A stretch of DNA of 64,000 nucleotides from Escherichia coli (GTDB lineage: Bacteria; Pseudomonadota; Gammaproteobacteria; Enterobacterales; Enterobacteriaceae): assembly GCF_030013205.1 (NCBI RefSeq), contig NZ_CP122648.1; one strand, 5' to 3'. Shown here piece after piece: positions 46,024 through 59,669 of this stretch (position 1 is the stretch's first letter; each line of letters starts with the position of its first letter). The notes beneath the pieces were generated by a model, which made no database searches, was not told the DNA's origin, and worked only from the letters and a program-made list of their open reading frames with translations. Both the position numbers and the translations under genes were made by a program.

Positions 46024-46152
46024 ATGAATGAGTTCAAGAGGTGTATGCGCGTGTTTAGTCATTCTCCCTTTAAAGTACGGTTAATGCTGCTCTCTATGTT
46101 GTGCGATATGGTCAACAACAAACCGCAGCAAGATAAACCTTCCGATAAATAG
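46024..46152 (+). CDS. mntS: Small protein MntS (42 aa)
   Basis: ATG...TAG ORF encoding MNEFKRCMRVFSHSPFKVRLMLLSMLCDMVNNKPQQDKPSDK; missing from the supplied ORF track because it is below the size cutoff. Confidence 0.85.
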   Translation: MNEFKRCMRVFSHSPFKVRLMLLSMLCDMVNNKPQQDKPSDK

Positions 46153-46423
46153 CGGCGTCGCGGTACGCCGCTTCACTCCTGCTTTTATGCAGGCACAACG
46201 CGTTTTGGTCTGAAAAACCCCACTTTTTGTCGGATTTGCAATCCCCTTCGCAAAAGATTTGTTCGTCAGTAGTTGACCTGAACGGCGGCTCGCTCTATCT
46301 TCTTGCAGCCCTGCGTATATTGCGGCTCGCGGATGCGGACCCCTTTCCCCTCTTCACGCACTCTTGCAGGTATTGACCCTTGACGCCAGGGTAAGCACAT
46401 GGCGTTTGTTACGATAGTGGCAT

Positions 46424-48007
46424 ATGAATTTAACCCTCAAAGAATCGCTTGTTACCCGTAGCCGGGTATTTAGCCCGTGGACTGCGTTCTACTTTTTACA
46501 GTCGCTATTAATTAACCTCGGCTTAGGTTATCCCTTCAGTTTGCTCTACACCGCTGCGTTTACGGCTATTTTGCTTTTGCTATGGCGAACATTGCCTCGC
46601 GTACAAAAAGTTCTGGTCGGTGTCAGTTCGCTGGTGGCGGCTTGTTATTTCCCTTTTGCTCAGGCCTACGGCGCGCCTAACTTCAATACAATGCTGGCAT
46701 TGCACTCCACCAATATGGAAGAGTCGACCGAAATCCTGACGATTTTTCCGTGGTACAGCTACCTGGTCGGCTTATTTATTTTTGCGCTCGGCGTAATAGC
46801 AATAAGGCGGAAAAAAGAGAGTGAAAAAGCGCGCTGGAATACCTTCGACAGCCTGTGTCTGGTATTCAGTGTGGCGACATTTTTTGTTGCTCCCATGCAA
46901 AACCTGGCCTGGGGCGGCGTATTTAAACTGAAAGATACCGGCTATCCGGTATTTCGTTTTGCTAAGGATGTCATCGTCAATAATAACGAGGTGATTGAAG
47001 AGCAAGAACGGATGGCAAAACTTTCCGGAATGAAAGATACCTGGACGGTCACTGCCGTTAAGCCGAAATATCAGACCTATGTGGTGGTGATCGGTGAAAG
47101 CGCGCGTCGCGATGCCCTCGGTGCCTTTGGCGGTCACTGGGACAATACCCCGTTTGCCAGCAGTGTTAACGGTTTGATATTTGCTGACTACATTGCCGCC
47201 AGTGGCTCCACGCAGAAATCGCTTGGCTTAACGCTCAATCGCGTAGTCGATGGCAAACCACAGTTTCAGGATAACTTTGTCACCCTGGCAAATCGCGCGG
47301 GCTTCCAGACCTGGTGGTTTTCCAACCAGGGCCAAATCGGCGAATACGATACCGCCATCGCCAGCATCGCCAAACGAGCAGATGAAGTGTACTTCCTGAA
47401 AGAAGGTAATTTTGAAGCAGATAAAAATACGAAAGACGAAGCGTTACTGGATATGACCGCTCAAGTGCTGGCGCAAGAGCACTCGCAACCGCAGCTGATT
47501 GTTCTGCATCTGATGGGCTCGCATCCGCAGGCCTGCGACAGGACACAAGGCAAATACGAAACCTTTGTGCAATCGAAAGAAACGTCGTGCTATCTCTATA
47601 CCATGACGCAAACGGACGATTTACTGCGTAAGCTGTACGATCAGTTACGCAACAGCGGCAGCAGCTTCTCGCTGGTTTACTTTTCTGACCACGGTCTGGC
47701 CTTTAAAGAGCGCGGCAAAGACGTGCAATACCTTGCCCATGATGATAAATATCAGCAGAATTTCCAGGTGCCTTTTATGGTCATTTCGAGCGACGATAAA
47801 GCGCATCGGGTGATTAAAGCCCGCCGCTCTGCCAATGACTTCTTAGGCTTTTTCTCCCAGTGGACGGGAATTAAAGCGAAGGAAATTAACATCAAATACC
47901 CGTTTATATCTGAGAAGAAAGCCGGGCCGATATACATCACCAACTTCCAGTTACAGAAGGTGGATTACAACCATCTCGGAACCGATATTTTCGACCCGAA
48001 ACCTTAA
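46424..48007 (+). CDS. opgE: Phosphoethanolamine transferase OpgE
   Basis: 527 aa, N-terminal TM domain plus sulfatase-like domain. Confidence 0.9.
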   Translation: MNLTLKESLVTRSRVFSPWTAFYFLQSLLINLGLGYPFSLLYTAAFTAILLLLWRTLPRVQKVLVGVSSLVAACYFPFAQAYGAPNFNTMLALHSTNMEESTEILTIFPWYSYLVGLFIFALGVIAIRRKKESEKARWNTFDSLCLVFSVATFFVAPMQNLAWGGVFKLKDTGYPVFRFAKDVIVNNNEVIEEQERMAKLSGMKDTWTVTAVKPKYQTYVVVIGESARRDALGAFGGHWDNTPFASSVNGLIFADYIAASGSTQKSLGLTLNRVVDGKPQFQDNFVTLANRAGFQTWWFSNQGQIGEYDTAIASIAKRADEVYFLKEGNFEADKNTKDEALLDMTAQVLAQEHSQPQLIVLHLMGSHPQACDRTQGKYETFVQSKETSCYLYTMTQTDDLLRKLYDQLRNSGSSFSLVYFSDHGLAFKERGKDVQYLAHDDKYQQNFQVPFMVISSDDKAHRVIKARRSANDFLGFFSQWTGIKAKEINIKYPFISEKKAGPIYITNFQLQKVDYNHLGTDIFDPKP

Positions 48008-48011
48008 AAAC

Positions 48012-48040
48012 AAAAATCCGCCCCGAGAGGCGGATTTTTT
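48012..48040. terminator. Bidirectional Rho-independent terminator between opgE and ompX
   Basis: AAAAATCCGCC-CCGAGAG-GGCGGATTTTTT. Confidence 0.8.
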
Positions 48041-48055
48041 ATATCACCGAAGTGA

Positions 48056-48571
48056 TTAGAAGCGGTAACCAACACCGGCAATCCAGGTGCCTACGTCAAC
48101 GCTACGAATACGGCTCTGCTCGTAAGAGAAGTCCAGAGCAACGTTTTCCATCGGGTTGAACTGCAGACCAGCACCGTAGGAGAAACCGTAGTCGCTGGTG
48201 TCGTGTTTGTAGGTCGGGTATTCAGTGGTCTGGAATTTACCATAACCCACACCCACTACACCGTAGATGCTTGCCCAGTCGTTAATGCGGTAAGCCGGAC
48301 CAGCAGTGATGCCGTAGTACTGGTTTTTGTTGTAGTCACCAGAGCTTGCAGTACGGCTTTTCTCGGTGTAAGTGAAAGAACCGATCACACCCAGCGGGCT
48401 GTTGTCTTCTTCATAGCGGTATTTCAGGTTGAAACCGCCCATTTTGTTCATTTGGCCCTGAGCGTCGCTCTGTGCGTAACCGCCAGTTACGGTAGAAGTC
48501 GCAGCTACGGAAGTACCTGCGGTGAAAGCCAGAACTGCGGCCAGTGCTGAAAGACATGCAATTTTTTTCAT
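48056..48571 (-). CDS. ompX: Outer membrane protein X
   Basis: 171 aa from MKKIACLSALAAVLAFTAGTSVA...; beta-barrel with C-terminal YRF. Confidence 0.95.
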   Translation of the reverse strand: MKKIACLSALAAVLAFTAGTSVAATSTVTGGYAQSDAQGQMNKMGGFNLKYRYEEDNSPLGVIGSFTYTEKSRTASSGDYNKNQYYGITAGPAYRINDWASIYGVVGVGYGKFQTTEYPTYKHDTSDYGFSYGAGLQFNPMENVALDFSYEQSRIRSVDVGTWIAGVGYRF

Positions 48572-48923
48572 AACCACCTCAAATGTGATTCAAATAAGTC
48601 CTAAGTTTTAAATATATCAAAAATTAATGGGAAACTCTTCGCGATTTGTGATGTCTAACGGGCCATTTCATGTAACAGAACGTTTCCATACACCGCTATC
48701 CATCTAAATTTAAATCACTTTTTCAGAGAACTGCGTAAGTATTACGCATGTTTTCCCTGTCATTCATCCAGATTATTCCTAATCACCAGACTAATGATTC
48801 CATCAATCCTGGCGCATTTTAGTCAAAACGGGGGAAAATTTTTTCAACAAATGCTCAACCAGCATTGGGTATATCCAGTACACTCCACGCTTTACTTAGG
48901 TTTAGATATTTGTGGGAGAAAGG

Positions 48924-49811
48924 ATGCCTGGTTCATTACGTAAAATGCCGGTCTGGTTACCAATAGTCATATTGCTCGTTGCCATGGCGTCTATTCAGGG
49001 TGGAACCTCGTTAGCTAAGTCACTTTTTCCTCTGGTGGGCGCACCGGGTGTCACTGCGCTGCGTCTGGCATTAGGAACGCTGATCCTCATCGCGTTCTTT
49101 AAGCCATGGCGACTGCGCTTTGCCAAAGAGCAACGATTACCGCTGTTGTTTTACGGCGTTTCGCTGGGTGGGATGAATTATCTTTTTTATCTTTCTATTC
49201 AGACGGTACCGCTGGGTATTGCGGTGGCGCTGGAGTTCACCGGAGCACTGGCGGTGGCGCTGTTCTCTTCTCGTCGCCCAGTAGATTTCGTCTGGGTTGT
49301 GCTGGCGGTTCTTGGTCTGTGGTTCCTGCTACCGCTGGGGCAAGACGTTTCCCATGTCGATTTAACCGGCTGTGCGCTGGCACTGGGAGCAGGGGCTTGT
49401 TGGGCTATTTACATTTTAAGTGGGCAACGCGCAGGAGCGGAACATGGCCCTGCGACGGTGGCAATTGGTTCGTTGATTGCAGCGTTAATTTTCGTGCCAA
49501 TTGGAGCGCTTCAGGCTGGTGAAGCACTCTGGCACTGGTCGGTTATTCCATTGGGTCTGGCTGTCGCTATTCTCTCGACCGCTCTGCCTTATTCGCTGGA
49601 AATGATTGCCCTCACCCGTTTGCCAACACGGACATTTGGTACGCTGATGAGCATGGAACCGGCGCTGGCTGCCGTTTCCGGGATGATTTTCCTCGGAGAA
49701 ACACTGACACCCATACAGCTGCTGGCGCTCGGCGCTATCATCGCCGCTTCAATGGGGTCTACGCTGACAGTACGCAAAGAGAGCAAAATAAAAGAATTAG
49801 ACATTAATTAA
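48924..49811 (+). CDS. rhtA: Threonine/homoserine exporter RhtA
   Basis: 295 aa from MPGSLRKMPVWLP...; EamA-type transporter. Confidence 0.9.
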   Translation: MPGSLRKMPVWLPIVILLVAMASIQGGTSLAKSLFPLVGAPGVTALRLALGTLILIAFFKPWRLRFAKEQRLPLLFYGVSLGGMNYLFYLSIQTVPLGIAVALEFTGALAVALFSSRRPVDFVWVVLAVLGLWFLLPLGQDVSHVDLTGCALALGAGACWAIYILSGQRAGAEHGPATVAIGSLIAALIFVPIGALQAGEALWHWSVIPLGLAVAILSTALPYSLEMIALTRLPTRTFGTLMSMEPALAAVSGMIFLGETLTPIQLLALGAIIAASMGSTLTVRKESKIKELDIN

Positions 49812-49965
49812 ATTTACATTTCTGCATGGTTATGCATAACCATGCAGAATTTCTCGCTACTTTTCCTCTACACCGTCTTTATATATCGAATTATGCAAAA
49901 GCATATTTATTCCGAAAATTCCTGGCGAGCCAATAAATAAGAATTGTTCTTATCAATATAACTAA

Positions 49966-50613
<648 letters not shown>

Positions 50614-51001
50614 ATCCATCGCTGATGGTGGAGAACTTTAGTACCCGATAAAAGCGGCTTCCTGACAGGAGGCCGTTTTGTTTTGCAGCCCACCTCAACG
50701 CACTTATTTAGTGCATCCATCTGCTATCTCCAGCTGATTAAGTAAATTTTTTGTATCCACATCATCACACAATCGTTACATAAAGATTGTTTTTTCATCA
50801 GGTTTTACGCTAAATAATCACTGTGTTGAGTGCACAATTTTAGCGCACCAGTTTGGTGCCCCAGAATGGTGCATCTTCAGGGTATTGCCCTATAAATCGT
50901 GCATCACGTTTTTACCGCATCTCGATAAATCAATGAGTTGCAAAACTGGCACGATTTTTTCATATATGTGAATATCACGCAGGGGATCGTCCCGTGGATA
51001 G

Positions 51002-51763
<762 letters not shown>

Positions 51764-51797
51764 TAACGCTACGCCTGTAAAGCGCACTGGCAGTTCC

Positions 51798-51816
51798 CTC
51801 TCCCCGCCGGGGAGAG
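51798..51816. repeat. Perfect palindrome CTCTCCCCG-C-CGGGGAGAG in the glnH-glnP spacer (intra-operon hairpin)
   Basis: Seen directly; GC-rich stem without downstream T tract. Confidence 0.4.
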
Positions 51817-51901
51817 GATTAGGGTGAGGGGCGCAAACCCGCTCCGAGGCCATTAATTACCCTGAATTTGATTATTTACACCACGGTAACAGGAACAACA
51901 T

Positions 51902-52561
51902 ATGCAGTTTGACTGGAGTGCCATCTGGCCTGCCATTCCGCTTCTGATTGAAGGTGCCAAAATGACCCTGTGGATCTCGGTCCTCGGTCTGGCTGGCGGC
52001 CTGGTGATCGGATTGCTGGCAGGTTTTGCACGCACCTTCGGTGGTTGGATAGCCAACCACGTCGCGCTGGTCTTTATTGAAGTGATCCGCGGCACACCTA
52101 TCGTCGTCCAGGTGATGTTTATCTATTTCGCCCTGCCGATGGCGTTTAACGACTTACGCATCGACCCGTTTACTGCGGCGGTGGTCACCATCATGATCAA
52201 CTCCGGCGCGTACATTGCGGAAATCACGCGTGGTGCGGTGCTGTCTATTCACAAAGGTTTTCGTGAAGCAGGACTGGCGCTCGGTCTTTCACGTTGGGAA
52301 ACCATTCGCTACGTCATTTTACCGCTGGCACTGCGTCGTATGCTGCCGCCGCTGGGTAACCAGTGGATCATCAGCATTAAAGACACCTCGCTGTTTATTG
52401 TGATCGGCGTGGCGGAACTGACCCGTCAGGGGCAAGAAATTATTGCCGGTAACTTCCGCGCCCTTGAGATCTGGAGCGCCGTGGCGGTGTTCTATCTGAT
52501 TATTACCCTGGTGCTGAGCTTTATTCTGCGTCGTCTGGAAAGAAGGATGAAAATCCTGTGA
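51902..52561 (+). CDS. glnP: Glutamine ABC transporter permease GlnP
   Basis: 219 aa. Confidence 0.95.
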
Positions 52562-53280
52562 TTGAATTTAAAAACGTCTCCAAGCATTTTGGTCCAACCC
52601 AGGTGCTGCACAATATCGATTTGAACATTGCTCAGGGCGAAGTCGTGGTGATTATCGGGCCGTCCGGTTCCGGTAAATCGACCCTGCTGCGCTGCATCAA
52701 CAAACTGGAAGAAATCACCTCCGGCGATCTGATTGTCGATGGCCTGAAGGTTAACGATCCGAAAGTTGACGAGCGCCTGATTCGCCAGGAAGCGGGTATG
52801 GTGTTCCAGCAGTTTTACCTCTTCCCGCATCTGACGGCGCTGGAAAACGTGATGTTTGGTCCGCTACGCGTGCGTGGCGCGAACAAAGAAGAGGCGGAAA
52901 AACTGGCACGTGAGCTGCTGGCGAAAGTCGGTCTGGCAGAACGTGCACATCACTACCCTTCCGAACTTTCTGGTGGTCAACAGCAGCGTGTGGCCATCGC
53001 CCGCGCGCTGGCGGTGAAGCCGAAAATGATGCTGTTTGATGAACCGACTTCCGCTCTTGACCCGGAACTGCGCCATGAAGTGCTGAAGGTTATGCAGGAT
53101 CTGGCTGAAGAAGGGATGACGATGGTGATCGTGACCCACGAAATCGGTTTTGCCGAGAAAGTAGCTTCGCGCCTGATCTTTATCGACAAAGGCCGGATTG
53201 CGGAAGATGGCGATCCGCAGGTGTTGATCAAGAACCCACCGAGCCAGCGCTTGCAGGAATTTTTGCAGCACGTCTCTTAA
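52558..53280 (+). CDS. glnQ: Glutamine ABC transporter ATP-binding protein GlnQ
   Basis: 240 aa; Walker [10 protein letters not shown], signature LSGGQQQR. Confidence 0.95.
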
Positions 53281-53396
53281 CTTCTCAGCCTCCCTTTCCC
53301 CCGAAAGGGAGGCACACCAGATTCCTCTCATTTAAAATCGCCCCTCCCCCAGCATCTATACTTATCTTTTTGCTCTGTTTTCTCACTGGAGGAGTC

Positions 53397-55622
53397 ATGC
53401 GGTGGATCCTGTTCATCCTCTTCTGCCTGCTGGGCGCACCTGCCCACGCGGTATCCATACCCGGCGTTACAACCACAACGACAACGGACTCAACGACTGA
53501 ACCGGCCCCGGAACCGGATATCGAACAAAAAAAAGCGGCCTATGGCGCACTGGCGGATGTGCTGGATAATGACACCTCGCGTAAAGAGTTGATCGACCAG
53601 TTGCGCACCGTCGCCGCTACGCCCCCTGCGGAACCGGTACCAAAGATCGTGCCGCCGACGCTGGTTGAAGAGCAAACCGTGCTGCAAAAGGTCACCGAAG
53701 TCAGCCGCCATTATGGTGAAGCCCTTTCCGCCCGCTTCGGGCAACTTTATCGCAATATCACCGGCTCCCCGCATAAGCCGTTTAATCCACAAACCTTCAG
53801 CAATGCGCTGACCCATTTTTCAATGTTAGCGGTATTAGTGTTTGGTTTTTACTGGCTGATTCGCCTGTGCGCACTTCCGCTGTATCGCAAAATGGGCCAG
53901 TGGGCGCGGCAAAAAAATCGTGAGCGCAGTAACTGGTTGCAGCTTCCGGCGATGATTATCGGGGCGTTTATTATCGACCTGCTGTTACTGGCACTGACAT
54001 TATTTGTCGGTCAGGTTTTAAGCGACAACCTGAATGCGGGCAGTCGCACCATCGCTTTCCAACAAAGTTTGTTTCTCAACGCCTTTGCCCTGATTGAATT
54101 TTTCAAAGCTGTACTACGCCTGATTTTTTGCCCAAACGTGGCGGAGCTGCGCCCGTTCACGATTCAGGACGAGAGCGCCCGTTACTGGAGTCGTCGCCTG
54201 AGCTGGTTAAGCAGCCTGATTGGCTATGGCCTGATTGTGGCCGTGCCGATTATCTCTAATCAGGTGAATGTACAGATAGGTGCGCTGGCGAACGTCATCA
54301 TTATGCTGTGCATGACGGTCTGGGCGTTGTACCTGATCTTTCGTAATAAAAAAGAGATTACCCAGCATTTGCTCAACTTCGCGGAGCATTCGCTGGCCTT
54401 TTTCAGCCTGTTTATCCGCGCCTTTGCGCTGGTGTGGCACTGGCTGGCAAGCGCCTATTTTATTGTGCTGTTTTTCTTTTCGTTGTTCGATCCGGGCAAC
54501 AGCCTGAAATTTATGATGGGTGCAACGGTGCGCAGCCTGGCGATTATTGGTATCGCAGCATTTGTTTCCGGTATGTTTTCCCGCTGGCTGGCGAAAACCA
54601 TCACTCTCTCGCCACATACTCAGCGTAACTATCCGGAGCTGCAAAAACGGTTGAATGGCTGGCTGTCGGCGGCGCTGAAAACGGCGCGTATTCTGACCGT
54701 CTGCGTGGCGGTAATGTTGCTGTTGAGCGCATGGGGATTGTTCGATTTCTGGAACTGGCTGCAAAACGGTGCGGGGCAGAAAACCGTAGATATCCTGATC
54801 CGTATCGCACTCATTCTTTTCTTCTCGGCGGTTGGCTGGACGGTGCTCGCCAGTTTGATCGAAAACAGGCTGGCTTCGGATATTCATGGCCGCCCACTAC
54901 CCAGCGCCCGTACGCGTACCCTGCTGACGCTGTTCCGTAACGCGCTGGCGGTGATTATCAGTACCATCACCATCATGATTGTGTTGTCGGAAATCGGCGT
55001 TAATATCGCGCCATTGCTGGCAGGTGCCGGTGCATTGGGGCTGGCTATCTCTTTTGGTTCGCAAACGCTGGTGAAAGATATTATCACCGGTGTATTTATT
55101 CAGTTTGAAAACGGCATGAACACTGGAGATTTGGTGACTATCGGGCCGTTGACCGGCACTGTGGAACGGATGTCGATTCGCTCCGTGGGCGTGCGTCAGG
55201 ATACCGGGGCGTATCACATCATTCCGTGGTCTTCGATAACCACCTTTGCTAACTTCGTCCGCGGCATTGGTTCGGTGGTGGCAAATTACGATGTTGATCG
55301 CCATGAAGATGCTGATAAAGCCAATCAGGCACTGAAAGATGCGGTAGCGGAATTGATGGAAAACGAAGAAATTCGCGGGCTGATTATTGGTGAACCGAAT
55401 TTTGCCGGGATTGTCGGCTTAGGCAATACCGCATTTACACTGCGTGTTTCGTTCACCACGCTGCCACTCAAACAGTGGACGGTCCGCTTTGCCCTCGACA
55501 GCCAGGTGAAAAAACATTTCGACCTGGCGGGTGTTCGCGCGCCGGTACAGACTTATCAGGTGCTGCCTGCTCCGGGCGCGGCCCCGGCTGAACCGCTGCC
55601 GCCGGGGGAGCCAACGCTTTAA
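53397..55622 (+). CDS. ybiO: Mechanosensitive channel YbiO (MscS family)
   Basis: 741 aa from [18 protein letters not shown]. Confidence 0.9.
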
Positions 55623-56545
55623 CGCTGGCGATTGACAAAACGGCGGCGCTGCTCGTCGTTCATAAAGGTCCAGGCAATAAAGCGGCTCTGCTTTTGCCCC
55701 TGGGCCATCTCTTTTTTGACCACTTTCACCGCGCCCACGTCCGTCAGAGCACGATACAACGGCGGCAAGTTTTCGCCACGAGATACCAGCGAGGTAAACC
55801 ACATCACCTGCTTCGCGAAGCCTTTGCTCTCTTCAATCATCTTTTTGATAAAAGCGACTTCACCGCCTTCACACCACAACTCCTGTTGCTGACCACCAAA
55901 GTTCAGTGCATCGTCTTTGTTCAGCCCCAGGTTACGGCGTTTACGTTCACTACCTGCCCGTGCCGCAGCGGCGGAATCGTGGAATGGCGGGTTACACAAG
56001 GTCGCGTCGTATTGCTCGTTTTTATGGATGATGCCGTTAAAAATCGCCCCACTCTCTTTTTGCCGACGCAGACGAATGGCGCGGTTAAGCCCCGGATTAG
56101 CACTGATGATCGCCTGCGCACTGCTTAACGCCTGGCTGCTGGTTTCACTACCAGTAAAACGCCAGCCATATTCATGTACACCAATCAGCGGGTAAATACA
56201 GTTCGCACCAACGCCGATATCCAGAATGCTGGCATTAGCTGGAATTGTTCCGCTTGCTTCTGCCAGTAAATCGGCAAGGTGATGAATATAATCCGCCCGG
56301 CCCGGTACTGGCGGGCAGAGAAAACCGTCGGGGATATCCCAGTTCGCTACGGCGTAAAAATGGGCCAGCAACGCCTTATTGAGCGCCTTCACCGCCAGCG
56401 GATTGGCAAAGTCTACGCTTTGCTCCCCGGCGGGTGTAAGCGTGAGGAATTGCCTGAGTTCAGGATTGACCTGACAAAGCGTGGCGAGATCGTAGCGGCT
56501 GTGATGACGGTTGCGCGGATGCAACCCCGGTTTCTGGGCGGACAT
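55619..56545 (-). CDS. rlmF: 23S rRNA m6A1618 methyltransferase RlmF
   Basis: 308 aa; NPPF motif. Confidence 0.92.
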
Positions 56546-56820
56546 AGCATTCTCCTTTAAGCAGCGGCGTAAGATACCCGCATAACGCGACAGGGTAAAT
56601 ATCTGGCTGCGTTTATCATTTCTAAAAACCTTAACATGGCTATGGTTTATGGCAATTCATCATAAAAATCAGCATCATGCATGTCATTGATTTGTCTTAT
56701 TTTGTAAAAATATATCGTTCAAAAAACAAGCGTATCTCTGTCAATTTTTTGCGTCATTTTCATCGCCCAGGCGACCTACACTTATCAGGCACTACCCGTT
56801 GTATTTATGAGGATGTCATT

Positions 56821-57081
56821 ATGAAAAAGTGCCTCACACTACTGATTGCCACCGTCCTGAGCGGAATCTCTCTCACGGCTTATGCCGCGCAACCGATGAG
56901 TAACCTGGACAGCGGTCAGCTACGGCCCGCCGGTACCGTTTCGGCAACTGGCGCATCAAACCTAAGCGATCTGGAGGATAAACTGGCAGAAAAAGCGCGC
57001 GAGCAAGGCGCGAAAGGTTATGTCATTAATTCCGCAGGCGGAAATGACCAGATGTTCGGTACTGCAACCATCTACAAATAA
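56821..57081 (+). CDS. mcbA: Colanic acid/biofilm regulator McbA (YhcN/DUF1471 family periplasmic protein)
   Basis: 86 aa from MKKCLTLLIATVLSGISLTAYA; paralogous to ybiJ in this window. Confidence 0.85.
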   Translation: MKKCLTLLIATVLSGISLTAYAAQPMSNLDSGQLRPAGTVSATGASNLSDLEDKLAEKAREQGAKGYVINSAGGNDQMFGTATIYK

Positions 57082-57214
57082 CCCCACCAACGTAACTGCA
57101 TTCGCCTCTGGATGCAGTTTTCGCCTGTTTTGTAATCAAAAAACATCAAATATGAACGTAATGTAAATAAATGTATTTCTTTTTCGCACAATGGGTGATA
57201 GAAAATCGCGCCAA

Positions 57215-57243
57215 GTGATAATGCTTATCAAAATTATTATCAC
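57215..57243. promoter_or_regulatory. Candidate Fur box upstream of fiu
   Basis: Inverted repeat GTGATAAT-N13-ATTATCAC containing GATAAT hexamers, about 100 bp upstream of the fiu start. Confidence 0.55.
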
Positions 57244-57345
57244 TTGCACGAGCACTATCACGAGATTAACAGTGGCATCGCATCCGCAGAGAGGCTTTCT
57301 CGTGGCAGTGAAAATTTCAACATATAAGAAAAAGTCACCTGCAAA

Positions 57346-59628
57346 ATGGAAAACAATCGCAATTTCCCTGCCAGACAATTTCATTCGCTCACGTTCTTTG
57401 CCGGTCTTTGTATTGGCATCACGCCTGTGGCTCAGGCACTCGCCGCCGAAGGGCAAACTAACGCGGATGACACGCTGGTTGTCGAAGCATCAACGCCTTC
57501 GCTTTATGCGCCACAACAATCTGCAGATCCGAAATTCTCGCGTCCGGTAGCGGATACTACCCGCACGATGACGGTGATTTCTGAACAAGTGATTAAAGAT
57601 CAGGGCGCAACCAACCTTACCGACGCACTCAAAAACGTCCCCGGCGTGGGTGCGTTTTTTGCGGGTGAGAACGGTAACTCCACCACTGGCGACGCCATTT
57701 ATATGCGCGGTGCTGATACCTCTAACAGTATTTATATTGATGGCATTCGCGATATCGGCAGCGTCTCGCGCGACACCTTCAATACCGAGCAGGTCGAAGT
57801 GATTAAAGGGCCGTCCGGCACCGACTACGGGCGCAGCGCACCGACAGGCTCGATCAATATGATCAGCAAGCAGCCGCGCAATGATTCCGGCATTGACGCC
57901 TCCGCCAGTATTGGTAGCGCCTGGTTCCGCCGCGGCACGCTGGACGTCAATCAGGTCATTGGTGATACCACCGCGGCGCGCCTGAATGTGATGGGCGAAA
58001 AAACGCACGATGCCGGACGCGACAAAGTCAAAAATGAGCGTTACGGCATCGCCCCTTCTGTCGCTTTTGGCCTTGGTACAGCGAATCGTTTGTATCTTAA
58101 TTATCTGCATGTCACCCAGCACAACACGCCAGACGGCGGCATTCCGACCATCGGTTTGCCGGGCTATTCTGCCCCATCTGCGGGAACGGCGGCCCTGAAT
58201 CATTCCGGAAAAGTTGATACGCATAACTTTTACGGCACGGATTCCGATTACGACGATTCGACCACCGACACCGCTACCATGCGTTTTGAGCACGACATCA
58301 ACGATAACACCACCATTCGCAATACTACCCGTTGGTCGCGCGTGAAGCAGGATTACCTGATGACGGCGATTATGGGTGGGGCGTCGAATATTACCCAGCC
58401 CACCAGCGATGTGAATAGCTGGACCTGGTCACGCACGGCGAATACTAAAGATGTGAGTAATAAAATTCTCACCAACCAGACCAACCTGACCTCGACGTTC
58501 TATACCGCTTCTATCGGTCATGATGTCAGTACCGGCGTGGAATTTACCCGTGAAACGCAGACTAACTACGGCGTTAATCCGGTGACGTTACCTGCGGTAA
58601 ATATTTATCATCCTGACAGCAGCATTCATCCCGGCGGCCTGACGCGCAACGGCGCAAACGCCAATGGTCAGACGGATACCTTCGCAATTTACGCCTTCGA
58701 TACGCTGCAAATCACCCGTGATTTTGAGCTGAACGGCGGGATCCGTCTGGATAATTATCATACTGAATATGACAGTGCCACCGCCTGCGGCGGCAGCGGA
58801 CGCGGTGCCATCACCTGCCCTGCTGGCGTGGCAAAAGGTTCTCCGGTCACCACCGTCGATACCGCCAAGTCGGGCAATCTGGTGAACTGGAAAGCCGGGG
58901 CGCTGTATCACCTGACGGAAAACGGCAATGTCTATATTAACTATGCCGTTTCCCAGCAGCCTCCGGGCGGCAACAACTTCGCCCTTGCGCAGTCTGGCAG
59001 CGGTAACAGTGCCAACCGCACCGATTTTAAACCACAAAAAGCCAACACCAGCGAGATTGGCACCAAATGGCAGGTTCTGGATAAACGCCTGTTGCTCACC
59101 GCCGCGCTGTTCCGTACTGATATCGAAAATGAAGTTGAGCAAAATGATGACGGAACTTACTCGCAATACGGTAAGAAACGCGTCGAAGGCTATGAGATAT
59201 CCGTGGCCGGGAATATCACTCCCGCGTGGCAGGTGATTGGCGGCTATACCCAGCAAAAAGCAACCATCAAAAACGGCAAAGATGTTGCCCAGGATGGTTC
59301 CTCATCGCTGCCGTATACCCCGGAGCACGCCTTTACCTTATGGAGCCAGTATCAGGCAACCGATGATATTTCCGTTGGTGCGGGCGCACGCTATATCGGC
59401 AGTATGCATAAAGGTTCTGACGGCGCGGTGGGAACGCCAGCGTTTACCGAAGGTTATTGGGTCGCCGACGCTAAACTGGGGTATCGGGTTAATCGCAATC
59501 TCGACTTCCAGCTAAACGTCTACAACCTGTTTGATACCGATTACGTCGCCTCAATCAACAAGAGCGGCTACCGTTATCACCCGGGCGAGCCAAGAACCTT
59601 CTTGCTCACGGCCAATATGCATTTCTGA
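57346..59628 (+). CDS. fiu: TonB-dependent catecholate siderophore receptor Fiu
   Basis: 760 aa with signal peptide, TonB box region and terminal aromatic residue. Confidence 0.95.
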   Translation: MENNRNFPARQFHSLTFFAGLCIGITPVAQALAAEGQTNADDTLVVEASTPSLYAPQQSADPKFSRPVADTTRTMTVISEQVIKDQGATNLTDALKNVPGVGAFFAGENGNSTTGDAIYMRGADTSNSIYIDGIRDIGSVSRDTFNTEQVEVIKGPSGTDYGRSAPTGSINMISKQPRNDSGIDASASIGSAWFRRGTLDVNQVIGDTTAARLNVMGEKTHDAGRDKVKNERYGIAPSVAFGLGTANRLYLNYLHVTQHNTPDGGIPTIGLPGYSAPSAGTAALNHSGKVDTHNFYGTDSDYDDSTTDTATMRFEHDINDNTTIRNTTRWSRVKQDYLMTAIMGGASNITQPTSDVNSWTWSRTANTKDVSNKILTNQTNLTSTFYTASIGHDVSTGVEFTRETQTNYGVNPVTLPAVNIYHPDSSIHPGGLTRNGANANGQTDTFAIYAFDTLQITRDFELNGGIRLDNYHTEYDSATACGGSGRGAITCPAGVAKGSPVTTVDTAKSGNLVNWKAGALYHLTENGNVYINYAVSQQPPGGNNFALAQSGSGNSANRTDFKPQKANTSEIGTKWQVLDKRLLLTAALFRTDIENEVEQNDDGTYSQYGKKRVEGYEISVAGNITPAWQVIGGYTQQKATIKNGKDVAQDGSSSLPYTPEHAFTLWSQYQATDDISVGAGARYIGSMHKGSDGAVGTPAFTEGYWVADAKLGYRVNRNLDFQLNVYNLFDTDYVASINKSGYRYHPGEPRTFLLTANMHF

Positions 59629-59669
59629 TTCAGATGTGGGGCGCAGGCCCCACTTTTTGGAGAACTTGT

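Noticed and set aside
53290-53316. Hairpin CCTCCCTTTC-CCCCG-AAAGGGAGG downstream of glnQ
   Set aside because: Good stem but no following T tract; could be an REP-like element or mRNA stabiliser rather than an intrinsic terminator
54207-54887. 226-aa minus-strand ORF
   Set aside because: Antisense within ybiO; Arg/Gln/His-rich composition with no membrane or domain features
57490-58293. 267-aa minus-strand ORF
   Set aside because: Antisense within fiu
58588-59256. 222-aa minus-strand ORF
   Set aside because: Antisense within fiu
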